Shown here: positions 1-10,138 of the stretch, piece by piece | Position numbering within the stretch: the first letter of the stretch is position 1 | Layout of the letters: every line of letters starts with the position of its first letter | Source of the DNA: Candidatus Omnitrophota bacterium | GTDB taxonomy: Bacteria; Omnitrophota; Omnitrophia; Omnitrophales; Aquincolibacteriaceae | Assembly: GCA_003140935.1 (NCBI GenBank) | Contig: PLLJ01000042.1 | Span: forward strand, 10,144 to 74,143 | Reading direction: 5' to 3' | Length of the DNA: 64,000 nucleotides | Notes under the pieces: generated by a model | The model's database searches: none | Told to the model about the DNA's origin: nothing | The model's input: the letters and a program-made list of their open reading frames with translations, nothing else | Translations under genes and position numbers: made by a program

Positions 1-150
1 CATACCAGCGATGGGAGTGGAGCAATTCTCATGTCTATCATGAGCACAAGGCGGTAATGGGGACCATCCTTGGCGGTTTTTGAAAGAAATAAAATAGTAG
101 ACAAGTACTATGGATTTTTGATTTAACCGTGGTAAAATGCCGTCAATACA

Positions 151-2178
151 ATGTTTATGAAAAAAATCTCTTACTGTCTCTTAGTATTTTTTAGTGCCGC
201 AGGGCTTTGCCTGTTCTCTTTCCAAGCGCAAGCCGCGGAGAGTTCCGTGCCGACGGCTGGTATTTCCACAGCTTCCAAGGATGGATCCATTTCTGACATG
301 GATTCTCCGAAGAAGTCATGGTGGAGTCGATCATTATCGGCGATCACCGGTCAGGATTCGCCGCCCCAACCTGCCCCGGTAGCGGCTCCTGTGACTTCCA
401 ATAAGTCTGCCCCGGTGGCGGTTCCCGTGACTTCCAATAAGTCTGCTCAGGCGCCCGACAGTGTCCAAGAGCCTGTCGCTGTTCGCAAAGATGCGCCCCC
501 CGCGAAGATCGAAATCGTGAATGAAAAAGAGAAGAATAAGCAGAACCCACGCGAAAAGACCGAAGAAAAGGCTCGTGCGGAGGCTCTGGAAAAGGCCGTT
601 GAGCAACAGGTAGAAGCGCTGCGGGCCGCGCGCATGCGGGAGATGCCTTATTTAGACAAAGTCTATATCCGGACGAGCATCACACCGCTCAAGATCCAGC
701 AGAAAGAGGAATTCTTGAGCGGCGGAAAAAAGGATCTCCAGGATCTCATCCTTCGCGCTCAATCCGTACACACCCAGGCCAAAGCCGCGCATGAGAATAT
801 TGAGCTCTACAACCGGCGTGTGCTTATGGCGCTGCGAAAACTTTTTCCGGAGGTGTCTTTAAACTACAATAATCGTGAAGGCCTGATCAACACCAATAAT
901 TTCGTGGGAGACGATTGGCATATCACGCTTCGCCAGCCCATCTTCAACGGAGGGATCCTTTGGAATACGCTCTTGCAGGAAAAGGCGAACCTGGAGGCTT
1001 CAAAAAAACAATTCGACAAAACCGTTGCCGATCTCATATTCGATCTTTCCCGTGCTTATTTCGAATACCAACGGACCTTGCAGACCGCCGAAGAACATCG
1101 TAATGCGGTAGAAAAGATGAAGCGCTTCGCAGAAATGTCGGAAGAGAAGTTCAACGAAAAGATCATTTCCGAGATCGAACATCTGAACGTACAGTCGCTT
1201 TACAGCCAGATGCAGTTCGATCTTGAGTCCGCGAATCAGGAGCTTGAGATCGCGAAGCTCGATCTTCAGAAATATCTCGATCTTTCCGTGGACGATCAGT
1301 TCACGCTTGCCAAGATCTACGATCTTGATGATGTAGTGCAAGGGCAAGCGATCCCTGCGGGAAGTGCGCCGGGGGGCAAGAACTTGCCTGATATTTTTAA
1401 AGGCGGAGATAAAGCGCCGGAACTTTCAAAATTGATCGACCTCTCGTATGAGCATCGTCCGGAACTCCAGGTCGAGGCCGCAAAGCTCCAGGTCATGCGA
1501 CTCGGTGAGCGCATTCGATGGGGCGAATTTTTACCCAAGGCCAATCTGACCTACCAGTACGGGGCGTTGGGCGAGGCTTATCTCAATCCGGGCTTTGTTT
1601 TTGCGGGTAGTGGTTTAAACGAAAAAAATGATCCGATTTTGAAAAGGGAGTGGCAGCTTATGCTCGAAATGAACTGGAATGTCGGCGGCAACAAAGTAAA
1701 TTATACTTATAGCCGAGATTACAAAGCGCCGTCCATCACGCAATTTGATCAGGCCTCGGGTTCTGCTCTCAGGAAGAACGGCCTGACCTTCGGGGTCCTG
1801 GACGGCCTGGATGCTTTTGTGAACGTGAAGCAGGCCGAGGTCGATAAGCTCAACCAGGTCGTGGAATTGGAAAAGGCCGAGAAGCAGGTGCTTCAGGACG
1901 TGAAACAGGCCTTTTACGATTATCAAAAGTCCGTGATCCAGGTGAATTCCACGGTCAAGCGTCTGGAATATCGCAAGCGTCTGCGCGAGTTTGCCGAGCA
2001 CCGGCTGAGCAAAAAAGAGATCGAGCTTTCCGAATATCTTCAGGCCGAATCCGATCTTGTGCGCGAAAGAGCGGAACTCCACAAGGCTCTCAAGGAATAT
2101 TTTACCGCCAAAGCGGCGCTTAATCACGCGGTGGGTATCCAGAATTTCTATAACATGGAGAGCCCTCAGAAGAAGTAA
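151..2178 (+). CDS. Outer-membrane efflux protein (TolC-like OMF) with an N-terminal signal peptide and a Pro/Ala/Val-rich low-complexity linker
   Basis: Signal peptide MFMKKISYCLLVFFSAAGLCLFSFQAQA. The C-terminal 450 aa are coiled-coil/beta-barrel repeats typical of the OEP family. First gene of the RND operon. Confidence 0.8.
   Translation: MFMKKISYCLLVFFSAAGLCLFSFQAQAAESSVPTAGISTASKDGSISDMDSPKKSWWSRSLSAITGQDSPPQPAPVAAPVTSNKSAPVAVPVTSNKSAQAPDSVQEPVAVRKDAPPAKIEIVNEKEKNKQNPREKTEEKARAEALEKAVEQQVEALRAARMREMPYLDKVYIRTSITPLKIQQKEEFLSGGKKDLQDLILRAQSVHTQAKAAHENIELYNRRVLMALRKLFPEVSLNYNNREGLINTNNFVGDDWHITLRQPIFNGGILWNTLLQEKANLEASKKQFDKTVADLIFDLSRAYFEYQRTLQTAEEHRNAVEKMKRFAEMSEEKFNEKIISEIEHLNVQSLYSQMQFDLESANQELEIAKLDLQKYLDLSVDDQFTLAKIYDLDDVVQGQAIPAGSAPGGKNLPDIFKGGDKAPELSKLIDLSYEHRPELQVEAAKLQVMRLGERIRWGEFLPKANLTYQYGALGEAYLNPGFVFAGSGLNEKNDPILKREWQLMLEMNWNVGGNKVNYTYSRDYKAPSITQFDQASGSALRKNGLTFGVLDGLDAFVNVKQAEVDKLNQVVELEKAEKQVLQDVKQAFYDYQKSVIQVNSTVKRLEYRKRLREFAEHRLSKKEIELSEYLQAESDLVRERAELHKALKEYFTAKAALNHAVGIQNFYNMESPQKK
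374..445 (+). repeat. Tandem 36-nt direct repeat (2 copies) inside the TolC-like gene, encoding PVAAPVTSNKSA / PVAVPVTSNKSA
   Basis: ccccggtagcggctcctgtgacttccaataagtctg is followed directly by ccccggtggcggttcccgtgacttccaataagtctg. Confidence 0.6.
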
Positions 2179-2237
2179 GGACGGTTCCGAGGGCGTCAAA
2201 AGATTTTTAAAAGGCAGGATTTCAAACGGAGTTTAAA

Positions 2238-3683
2238 ATGAACATGAAAAACGAAGAAAATCCCGGGGACAAGGGTTCTCCGTTCAAGATCAGAGCCCCC
2301 CTGCCGGAGGGGCCAGCCCAAACCCCGTTCCGGATCCCGGAAGAAAATAAGAACACATGGTTTGCTCAAAATAAAGTGCGTCTTATTATTATCGCGGTCG
2401 CCATCATAGGGTTGTTTTTTGTGGGCAAGATGGTGATAGGACGGTTTTTTAAGACTTCAAAGCCTTCTTTGAGCGAAATGATGAAACAACAGCAGCAGGC
2501 GGCTAAGGACGCGCCGGTGGCGGTCAAAGGTTTTAAGATCGGCCGGTTCAATTATGAGGATTCCATGAACGTGCTCGGGACGATCAAGGGGTCCATGGAA
2601 CTGAAGCTCAGCTTCGAGGTTCCGGGCGTGATCAGTTCGATCAATTACAAAGAAGGGGAACGTTACGAAGAAGGCGCTCTACTCGTCTCCTTGAAGCAGG
2701 ATGATATTCTCTTGCGATTGAAAAGGGCCCAAGCGGCTTTTAACAAAGCGGAGTCCCAAGCCAAAGTGACGGAGAACGAAGTCGCGGAAAATGAGAAGCT
2801 TCTAAAGATGGGGGCGATACCGCCGTCGACGGTAGAAAAAAAGAAATTGGAAATGGACGCTGCAAAATACGAGGCAGAAGCCCAGCGTCTTGAAATGAAG
2901 GCGAACGAAGCCATGCTCGAGAAGTCCAACCTTTACGCCCCTTCCTCCGGGATGCTGGGAGATCTGAACGTCGAGGAAGGGGAAAATGTCAGCCAAAGCA
3001 CGCTGATCGGGACCCATATCAGCACCGAGTATGTTTACGCCGAGTTCGGGATCGTCGAACGCGATGTTCAGAAGATCACGCTGGGACAGAAGGCCAAGGT
3101 CTTCGTGGACGCTTATCCGGATAAGACTTTTGAAGGCGTGATTGAGAATATTGCGCCGCAGATCTCGGGAACAAGCCGTACTTCGACGGCCAAAGTGCGC
3201 ATTGAAAATCCCGAAGGATTGCTGATGCCAGGGATGTTCGCCCGCGTCCGCATCATGCTTTACAGCAAAAAGGATGCTTTAGTGGTCCCGACGGATGCCA
3301 TCCAGGGCGGTGAAGGCGAGAAGTTCGTTTATGTCATTAAAGCAGCCGGGGGTTCGAGCCCCAAGGCCATAGAATCCAAGGTTGCAGGAGTGATGGGGGG
3401 AGGGCTTGGTGCGGTGGCTGCGTTAACCGGGGCCACGGGTCAGGAAAAGGCCGAGAAGAAGGGCGGAAAAGAAGCCGGAAAGGCGGCGGTCGAAAAGGAG
3501 TCTACCAAAATCGAGGAAGGCACTGCTGAAAAACGTCCTGTGACCGTGGGTTATACCCGCACGGACTATTCCCAGATCGACGCGGGTCTTACGGAAGGAG
3601 AAATTGTCGTTATGACCGGGTTCGAGAGATTGGAGGATGGAAAGAAGATCCGCTTGATCGAAACCCAAGAAGCCGAGCTTTAA
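2238..3683 (+). CDS. RND efflux periplasmic adaptor (membrane fusion protein, HlyD family) with a Gly/Ala/Lys-rich C-terminal extension
   Basis: N-terminal TM anchor, then coiled-coil, lipoyl-like and beta-barrel regions (VSLKQDDILLRLKRAQAAFNKAE...). Position between the OMF and RND genes; GGAG RBS upstream. Confidence 0.85.
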   Translation: MNMKNEENPGDKGSPFKIRAPLPEGPAQTPFRIPEENKNTWFAQNKVRLIIIAVAIIGLFFVGKMVIGRFFKTSKPSLSEMMKQQQQAAKDAPVAVKGFKIGRFNYEDSMNVLGTIKGSMELKLSFEVPGVISSINYKEGERYEEGALLVSLKQDDILLRLKRAQAAFNKAESQAKVTENEVAENEKLLKMGAIPPSTVEKKKLEMDAAKYEAEAQRLEMKANEAMLEKSNLYAPSSGMLGDLNVEEGENVSQSTLIGTHISTEYVYAEFGIVERDVQKITLGQKAKVFVDAYPDKTFEGVIENIAPQISGTSRTSTAKVRIENPEGLLMPGMFARVRIMLYSKKDALVVPTDAIQGGEGEKFVYVIKAAGGSSPKAIESKVAGVMGGGLGAVAALTGATGQEKAEKKGGKEAGKAAVEKESTKIEEGTAEKRPVTVGYTRTDYSQIDAGLTEGEIVVMTGFERLEDGKKIRLIETQEAEL

Positions 3684-3728
3684 CGTTATGCGGACGAGAA
3701 AAGATCTCCGCAGAATGATCCCTGCCCC

Positions 3729-6700
3729 ATGAGTCTTCCGGAATTTTCGATCAAGAAGAAGGTCACTATTTACATGATGACCGCTCTTCTTGTTCTTGTG
3801 GGGGTTATTGCTTTTAGTCGTCTTCCTCAGGAACTTTTCCCACCGATTTCTTTTCCTCAGATCACCGTTGTTACCGAATATGCCAACGCGGCTCCCGAAG
3901 AGATCGAGACACTTCTCACCCGCATCATCGAAGAAGCCATCGGTTCCGTGGCCGGTTTAAAGCGCATTGAGTCTGTTTCTCGCGAAGGACGGAGTACGAT
4001 CACGGTCTCATTTAATTGGGGACAGGACATTGACTTCGCGGCTTTGGCGGTTCGTGAAAAGATCGATCTTATCAAGGAGCGTCTTCCTAAGGACGCCTCA
4101 GACCCCGTCGTTCTAAAATTCGACCCTCTTGCCAAGCCCGTGCTTATTCTTTCCGTGACAGGACAGGACCTTCCCGCTGTTCGTCTCAAGCTTTTAACGG
4201 AAAAAATGCTGAAAGATCGCTTAGAGAAAATCGAGGGTGTTGCTTCCGTGACCATTTCGGGGGGTGTGAGCCGGGAGATCCTCGTGGATATCGACCAGCC
4301 GCGTCTTCAAGCGAACCATCTTTCGCTTCTGGAGGTTATCGATTCTCTTGATCAGGCCAATGTGTCCTATCCGGCCGGGAGCATCAAAAAAGGCCTTTAT
4401 GAATATTTGATCCGGACGGTCGGAGATTTCCGTTCGCCGACCGAGATTGGGTTTTCTGTGGTGGGCGTGGATAATGTTGAAAAGGTTCGTCGTGAAGAAG
4501 CCAGTTTTATCGAACGGGATATTTCCGAAGGCCCCCGCAAAACCATTGAAAGGGATCGAGAAGAGGTTGAGAAAAAAATGCTTGAAAAACGGCTCGTGAC
4601 CGTCAATGACATCGGGAAAGTCATTGATGGCCTCGCCGAGAAGACCAGTGTTTCCCGCTATAACGGGGAACCCAACATTTCGGTGGCTATTCAAAAGCAA
4701 TCCAATGCCAACACCATCAAGTTGGTGGATAGGCTGAAAAAAGAATTACGAGGACTTCAGGAGGATTTCGCCTCGCGAGGCATTCAGTACAAGATCATTT
4801 ACGATCATTCGATTTTTATCCGCGAAAGTCTTGAAAATTTGGCCCATGAAGGGATCATGGGAAGTCTGTTCGCCCTAGGTTCGCTCTTCGCTTTTCTGAG
4901 GAACCTAGCCATGTCCTTATTGGTTGTACTTTCAATTCCTACCACCATTCTTGGCGTTTTTTTACTGATGGCCATGTCGGGAGTTACGCTCAATATGATG
5001 TCCTTGGGCGGGTTGGCGCTTGCTCTCGGCATCATTACCGACACCAGCATTGTAGTTCTGGAGAATATTTTCAGGAGACGACAGGGAGGCGAATCTTCCG
5101 AACAAGGGGCTGTTAAAGGTGCGGATGAAGTGGTCTGGCCTGTGGTTTCTTCCAATCTGACGGGTATTGCCGTTTTCTTTCCCCTGATCGTTTTTGTGCC
5201 GGGTGTGGCGGGGCAATTTTTTAAGGACTTATCGTGGGCCATGGTTTTCGCCCACATCTTTTGTATTTTTCTTCCTCTGACGCTGATCACCTTGCTTTCC
5301 ATTTATATTCGCGTTGAGGAAAAGGAATACAAACCGCTCAGTTTGACGGGGGGCTTAGATAAACACATCATGAGTCTTCCGACCCATGAAGCGCAAAACA
5401 AGACCATGATTGGGATTGTGATCGCGGTCTTCCTGACTCTGGCGTCCTCTTTTCTGATCGTACCGACCATGGATCGAGAGGTTCTTCCCAAAATGGATCA
5501 GGGGCAGTTTTACGCCAAGGTGGATATGCCGCTTGGGACCCGGTTGGAGGTAACGGACGAGTTTTGTCAGAAATTGGAAAAAATCATTAAGAGTGAGCCG
5601 GAGGTTAGAGATATCGATGTCGCGATAGGGAGTGAAAAAAGCACCAAAGGAGAAATTAAGGTTGAAACGCTCCGCGCCTCACAGGCTATGATCCTGGTGA
5701 GTTTGCAAGACAAAAGAAAGCGCACTTCTCCCCAGATCATCACATCCATCGCCAAGAAGATGAAGTCGCTTGATCTTGAAAGAAAGAGCATTCGCGTGGA
5801 TATTCAACTTCAAGGGAGCGAATTCGCCGCGGTGGGTTCTTCCATAAAGCCGATCATCTTGGAAGTGAAAGGCTACGATTTTAACACCATGGAAATGCTC
5901 GTATCGCGCCTAAAAACGTGGCTTGCGAAGATCCCTGGGATTATCAATATTGATAGTGATATCGGAGAAAAGTCTCCGGAAACAAAACTTGTGATCAATA
6001 AAAAACGCGCCGCACTTTACGGTATTTCTGCCATGGATGTTTCGCTGACGGCCAAGGCCGCCATCGAGGGCGTTGTTGCTACCCAGTATCGTGAGGCGGG
6101 CCGTGAAGTTGATGTTCGGGTTCGTCTGAACGAAAAAGACCGGTCCAATATCAGCCATCTCGATGATCTTCTCCTCTACTCGAAGACTTTGGACATTCAT
6201 GTCCCGCTCAAAGAGACCGCGATCGTTCAGCAAGGGGTCGGACCCAGCGAGATCAAACGTGTGGACCAGGAGCGGACGGTCACTGTCGCCGCGGAGATTG
6301 ACAACAGCCGTAAGGATAAAGATGTTCTCGCAGACCTTCAGAAGTTCCTGGCGGGATTGAAAACGCCGAACGATATTCCCGAAGATTTCCAGGTTCGTCT
6401 TTCCGGAAAGGCGAAGGAACTCAAGGAAAATTTTTCCGGCGTTGTTTTTGCCTTTATTTTAGCCATCATGCTTGTCTATATGATCATGGCCGCGCAATTC
6501 GAGTCGTTTATCCAGCCGTTTATCATTATGGTGACCGTACCTCTGTCTTTCGGGGGTGCCGTGATCGCCTTGAAACTAACGGGAAATTCCCTGAACGTTA
6601 TTTCGCTTTTAGGGTTGGTCCTTCTGGGCGGTGTGGTGGTCTATAACGGGATCGTCTTGATGGAATATACCAACCAGCTCCGCGCGGAAGGTATCGAGCT

Positions 6701-6980
6701 GGTCAAGGCCGTGTGGGACGCGACCCGGACACGTACTCGTCCCGTTCTCATGTCTTCTACGACAACGATCATTGCGATGTTGCCTGTGGCTGTCGGGATC
6801 GGAGGGAAAGGCTCGGCTATTTTGTCGCCGCTCGCGGTGACGATCATGGGCGGACTTTTCTCTTCAACGATCTTGACGCTTATCGTTTTACCGTGTCTTA
6901 CCATCCTTATAACGCGTTTCTTCGAAAGCCATTTTGGCATCAGAGAAGAAACCACTGAGGAGGAAGCGCCCGCTTCCTAA
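3729..6980 (+). CDS. RND family efflux permease (AcrB/MdtB-like), first copy
   Basis: 1083 aa with 12-TM architecture. AcrB-family N-terminus MSLPEFSIKKKVTIYMMTALLVLVGVIAFSRLP and conserved TM4 and TM10-12 regions. Confidence 0.9.
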   Translation: MSLPEFSIKKKVTIYMMTALLVLVGVIAFSRLPQELFPPISFPQITVVTEYANAAPEEIETLLTRIIEEAIGSVAGLKRIESVSREGRSTITVSFNWGQDIDFAALAVREKIDLIKERLPKDASDPVVLKFDPLAKPVLILSVTGQDLPAVRLKLLTEKMLKDRLEKIEGVASVTISGGVSREILVDIDQPRLQANHLSLLEVIDSLDQANVSYPAGSIKKGLYEYLIRTVGDFRSPTEIGFSVVGVDNVEKVRREEASFIERDISEGPRKTIERDREEVEKKMLEKRLVTVNDIGKVIDGLAEKTSVSRYNGEPNISVAIQKQSNANTIKLVDRLKKELRGLQEDFASRGIQYKIIYDHSIFIRESLENLAHEGIMGSLFALGSLFAFLRNLAMSLLVVLSIPTTILGVFLLMAMSGVTLNMMSLGGLALALGIITDTSIVVLENIFRRRQGGESSEQGAVKGADEVVWPVVSSNLTGIAVFFPLIVFVPGVAGQFFKDLSWAMVFAHIFCIFLPLTLITLLSIYIRVEEKEYKPLSLTGGLDKHIMSLPTHEAQNKTMIGIVIAVFLTLASSFLIVPTMDREVLPKMDQGQFYAKVDMPLGTRLEVTDEFCQKLEKIIKSEPEVRDIDVAIGSEKSTKGEIKVETLRASQAMILVSLQDKRKRTSPQIITSIAKKMKSLDLERKSIRVDIQLQGSEFAAVGSSIKPIILEVKGYDFNTMEMLVSRLKTWLAKIPGIINIDSDIGEKSPETKLVINKKRAALYGISAMDVSLTAKAAIEGVVATQYREAGREVDVRVRLNEKDRSNISHLDDLLLYSKTLDIHVPLKETAIVQQGVGPSEIKRVDQERTVTVAAEIDNSRKDKDVLADLQKFLAGLKTPNDIPEDFQVRLSGKAKELKENFSGVVFAFILAIMLVYMIMAAQFESFIQPFIIMVTVPLSFGGAVIALKLTGNSLNVISLLGLVLLGGVVVYNGIVLMEYTNQLRAEGIELVKAVWDATRTRTRPVLMSSTTTIIAMLPVAVGIGGKGSAILSPLAVTIMGGLFSSTILTLIVLPCLTILITRFFESHFGIREETTEEEAPAS

Positions 6981-6984
6981 AAAC

Positions 6985-9900
6985 ATGGGGCTACCTAGTT
7001 TTTCCATCAAGCGGCCTGTTTTTACGATCATCATTTATGCCGCCGTTATCGTTATGGGACTCATTGCGCTGATGAGGCTCAAGGTCGAACTCTATCAAGG
7101 CCAAAGCCAAGGCATTATCAGTATCGTGGTCCGTGCGCGCGGGGGCCTCCCGTCCCAGGATGTTGAAAAAATGATCACAAAACCCATCGAAGAATCCGTG
7201 GGAACTGTTGCGCATATGAAGAGCCTTTATTCCAGCTCCCGCGAGGCAGAATCGCGTGTGACCATGGAATTTGAGCCGGGTACGAATATGAATTTTGCAT
7301 CCCTTGAGATCCGTGAAAAATTCGCCCGGGTCAAACCGCTCCTTCCAAAAGAGATCGAGAAACCGGTCATTGCTAATTACGATGACTCCCAGTCCGCGAT
7401 TATGGTCTTTGCCGTGAGCTCGGGAACCCTCGCGCCGGAACAGATCCGGGAAATCGTCGATTTAAAACTCAAACCGATTATCAGCCGTGTGGATGGTGTG
7501 GCGAGCGTGGAAGTGTACGGCGGCCGCGAGCGCAAGATCCTGGTAGAACTTGATCGCGACAAGATGGTGGCATACAACATTTCGATCGAACGCGTGATGG
7601 ATGTCCTCGGGCAGAGCAATATAAACCTCCTTGCGGGAAACGTCGGAGAAGGGAAGTATGAATTCGGGATCCGCAGCATGGGGGCGTTCCGCTCTGTGGA
7701 TGAGATCGGGGATATCGGCATCAAAGCGACCCGGCAAAGTTCCATCATCCCTCTCAAGGAGATTGCGACGATCAAGGATTCATACCTGGAGGCTACCGAC
7801 CAGGCCCGTTTGAATCTCGAGCAGAATGTCACGGTCTATGTGAAGAAGGCGAGTCTTGCGAACACGCTCGCAGTCGCCCGCAATTTGAACAAGGTGCTGG
7901 ACCTTTTTGAAGCGGAGCATAAAGAGAATCTCAAAATCGTACTTGTGAATGACCGGGCGGAGACCATTCGCCGCGCTATCGACGACGTAAAAGGGGCGCT
8001 TTATTTGGGGCTGATCCTGACGATGGGCGTCATTTATCTTTTTATCCGCAATTGGGTCCTTTCGGGCATCATTCTTATCGTGATCCCATGCTCTTTGATC
8101 GCGACGTTCATTTTTATGGCCGCTTGCGATATCAGCATTAATGTTATGACATTGAGTGGATTGTCCCTTGCCATCGGAATTCTCGTAGACACCGCCGTCG
8201 TGATCATGGAAAACATTTTTTCCAAGAAAGAGAAAGGCTGTAACGATACGCAGGCTATTCGTGACGGGAGTGAAGAGGTGTGGCTTCCGCTTCTCACATC
8301 GCTTCTGACGATGCTCGTGGTGTTCCTCCCCATCATTTTTATAGACAAGACCATTCAGTTGACCTACGGCGGATTTGCTTTCACGATCTGCATTTCTCTC
8401 ATTGCGTCTTTTTTTACCGCACTTATGTTGATCCCCATGCTCATCCGTCAGTTCGGGATCGCGTCGCTCAATCAGCATCGTCCGGACACCGCAAATAATT
8501 TCATTGATAAAACCCGCGCGAAATATGTAAACGCTATTCGCTGGTGCATCACACGACGATGGATGGTCATCCCGGCTGTTTTCGGTCTTTGTTTTTTTGC
8601 GCTCTTTATGCTGAGCAAGACGCCGATCGATTGGCCGTCTTCTTTCGAGGAAAATGAGTTTGCAGTCGTCACATTCCCGCTTGCGGGTGCGCGTCTGGAG
8701 TCAAACGATCAGGCCATGAAAAAGCTTGAAGAGATCCTCGCGAAGATCCCGGATATCACTCTCTTCTCAACGACGGTTTCTAAAGATGATCTGCGGCTTT
8801 TTGTTCGCTTGAAGCCCGCCCGCAAGCGCCAGTATTCCAAGGACGAGATCATGAAGATCATTGATGAACAGGGGAACGCCGCGGTCAAGGAGATCCACAG
8901 TGATTACAGCCTGATCGTGGACGAGGGCGCCGGTTCTTCCGAGACGAAAAAACTTGTGGTGAATATCTTTGGTCAGGATGGGGATGAACTTGAAAAAATC
9001 GCCAAGGAGTTTGCAAACAAGATGTCCAAAGTGCAAGGCCTGACCAATCTGGTTATGACGGACCTCCGCAAGCGTCCGGAGTATTCTCTCGTGGTCGATA
9101 AGGGAAAAGCCGCCATGTACGGGCTTAGCGTGAAGAGGGTTGCCGACAGCATGCATGCCCAGGTCCGCGGGATGAGGCCCACGCAATTTCATGAACTTTC
9201 CAAAGGCGAAGAGATCGAAACCATTACGCGTCTTCAGGCCATTTACCGCCAGAAGCTCGACGATCTGGGACAGATCTATGTCCAGACCAAGGAATCCAAG
9301 CAAATTCTTTTGAGTGAGATCGCGAACTTTTATCCGTCGACCGGTCCGCAAACCATCGATCGCAAAGAAAAGCACCGTTATGTGTTCGTCAAAGGGGATG
9401 TGAAGCGGCCGATCGAAAAGATCGCGATCGACGTCAAGAAAGCGGTGCAAGACGTGAAGCTTCCGGATGACTATTACTGGCGTTTCGGCGGCGGGTACGA
9501 AGAGCTTATGGAGAGCAAAACCCAGTTGGCGGTTGCTCTCCTGATCACGGTTTTTCTGGTCTATATGGTCATGGCCTGTCTTTTTGAAAATTATCTCTAT
9601 CCGTTCTTGATCATGATCAAGATCCTGCTTAATTTTATCGGGATTTGGGCGGCATTGGCCATCACGCGCAAGCCTCTCAGTACCCAGGTTTTTATCGGGA
9701 TGATCATGCTTGCCGGATACTCGGTCAACGCGGCGATCCTCCTGGTGGATCATGCCATCCATCTACCCGCGGAACAGAGCAAAAAAGAACGTTTTATCCA
9801 GGCCGGCGTAGACCGGTTACGGCCTATTCTGATGACGGCCATCGCGGCGATCCTTGGGTTTTTACCCATGGCGCTGAGTTTTGGCCAGGCGAGCGATCTC

Positions 9901-10083
9901 TGGTCGCCCCTGGCGGTGACCATTATCGGGGGACTCATCAGTTCGACCATCCTGATCCTTTTCGTTTTGCCGGCACTTGTGATGATCACGGATGATATTC
10001 GAGAAACTTTTAAAGCTTTTTTTTCGGGTGTGTCTGAAAGAATACACGCCTTGTCAGCGAACAAAGTGATCCAGAGCCCTTAA
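6985..10083 (+). CDS. RND family efflux permease (AcrB/MdtC-like), second tandem copy
   Basis: The start MGLPSFSIKRPVFTIII parallels the first copy, and the ATG lies 5 nt after the stop of copy 1. The track ORF extends upstream in frame, but 6985 fits the family N-terminus. Confidence 0.85.
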   Translation: MGLPSFSIKRPVFTIIIYAAVIVMGLIALMRLKVELYQGQSQGIISIVVRARGGLPSQDVEKMITKPIEESVGTVAHMKSLYSSSREAESRVTMEFEPGTNMNFASLEIREKFARVKPLLPKEIEKPVIANYDDSQSAIMVFAVSSGTLAPEQIREIVDLKLKPIISRVDGVASVEVYGGRERKILVELDRDKMVAYNISIERVMDVLGQSNINLLAGNVGEGKYEFGIRSMGAFRSVDEIGDIGIKATRQSSIIPLKEIATIKDSYLEATDQARLNLEQNVTVYVKKASLANTLAVARNLNKVLDLFEAEHKENLKIVLVNDRAETIRRAIDDVKGALYLGLILTMGVIYLFIRNWVLSGIILIVIPCSLIATFIFMAACDISINVMTLSGLSLAIGILVDTAVVIMENIFSKKEKGCNDTQAIRDGSEEVWLPLLTSLLTMLVVFLPIIFIDKTIQLTYGGFAFTICISLIASFFTALMLIPMLIRQFGIASLNQHRPDTANNFIDKTRAKYVNAIRWCITRRWMVIPAVFGLCFFALFMLSKTPIDWPSSFEENEFAVVTFPLAGARLESNDQAMKKLEEILAKIPDITLFSTTVSKDDLRLFVRLKPARKRQYSKDEIMKIIDEQGNAAVKEIHSDYSLIVDEGAGSSETKKLVVNIFGQDGDELEKIAKEFANKMSKVQGLTNLVMTDLRKRPEYSLVVDKGKAAMYGLSVKRVADSMHAQVRGMRPTQFHELSKGEEIETITRLQAIYRQKLDDLGQIYVQTKESKQILLSEIANFYPSTGPQTIDRKEKHRYVFVKGDVKRPIEKIAIDVKKAVQDVKLPDDYYWRFGGGYEELMESKTQLAVALLITVFLVYMVMACLFENYLYPFLIMIKILLNFIGIWAALAITRKPLSTQVFIGMIMLAGYSVNAAILLVDHAIHLPAEQSKKERFIQAGVDRLRPILMTAIAAILGFLPMALSFGQASDLWSPLAVTIIGGLISSTILILFVLPALVMITDDIRETFKAFFSGVSERIHALSANKVIQSP

Positions 10084-10138
10084 ATTTAACTAAAAAATAT
10101 TACTGCCGTCCTTCATGGGACGGACAAAGGAGATACTT

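Noticed and set aside
2211-2225. 15-nt exact repeat AAGGCAGGATTTCAA at 2211-2225 (before the MFP gene) and 11637-11651 (before the AAR fusion); likewise GTGTCCATTTTAAAT at 26905-26919 and 54455-54469
   Set aside because: In 64 kb, a few exact 15-mer coincidences are expected by chance (roughly 2-4). The flanks do not extend the similarity, and the contexts differ (RBS region versus far upstream). Not treated as a regulatory motif without genome-wide enrichment.
8767-9762. Long antisense ORFs on the minus strand (for example 8767-9762, 7780-8478, 28891-29997, 45924-47501, 52157-53119)
   Set aside because: They lie entirely inside well-supported plus-strand genes with clear homology. They have no RBS, are His/Arg/Asp-rich low-complexity translations typical of the reverse strand of GC-rich coding DNA, and show no domain signal.
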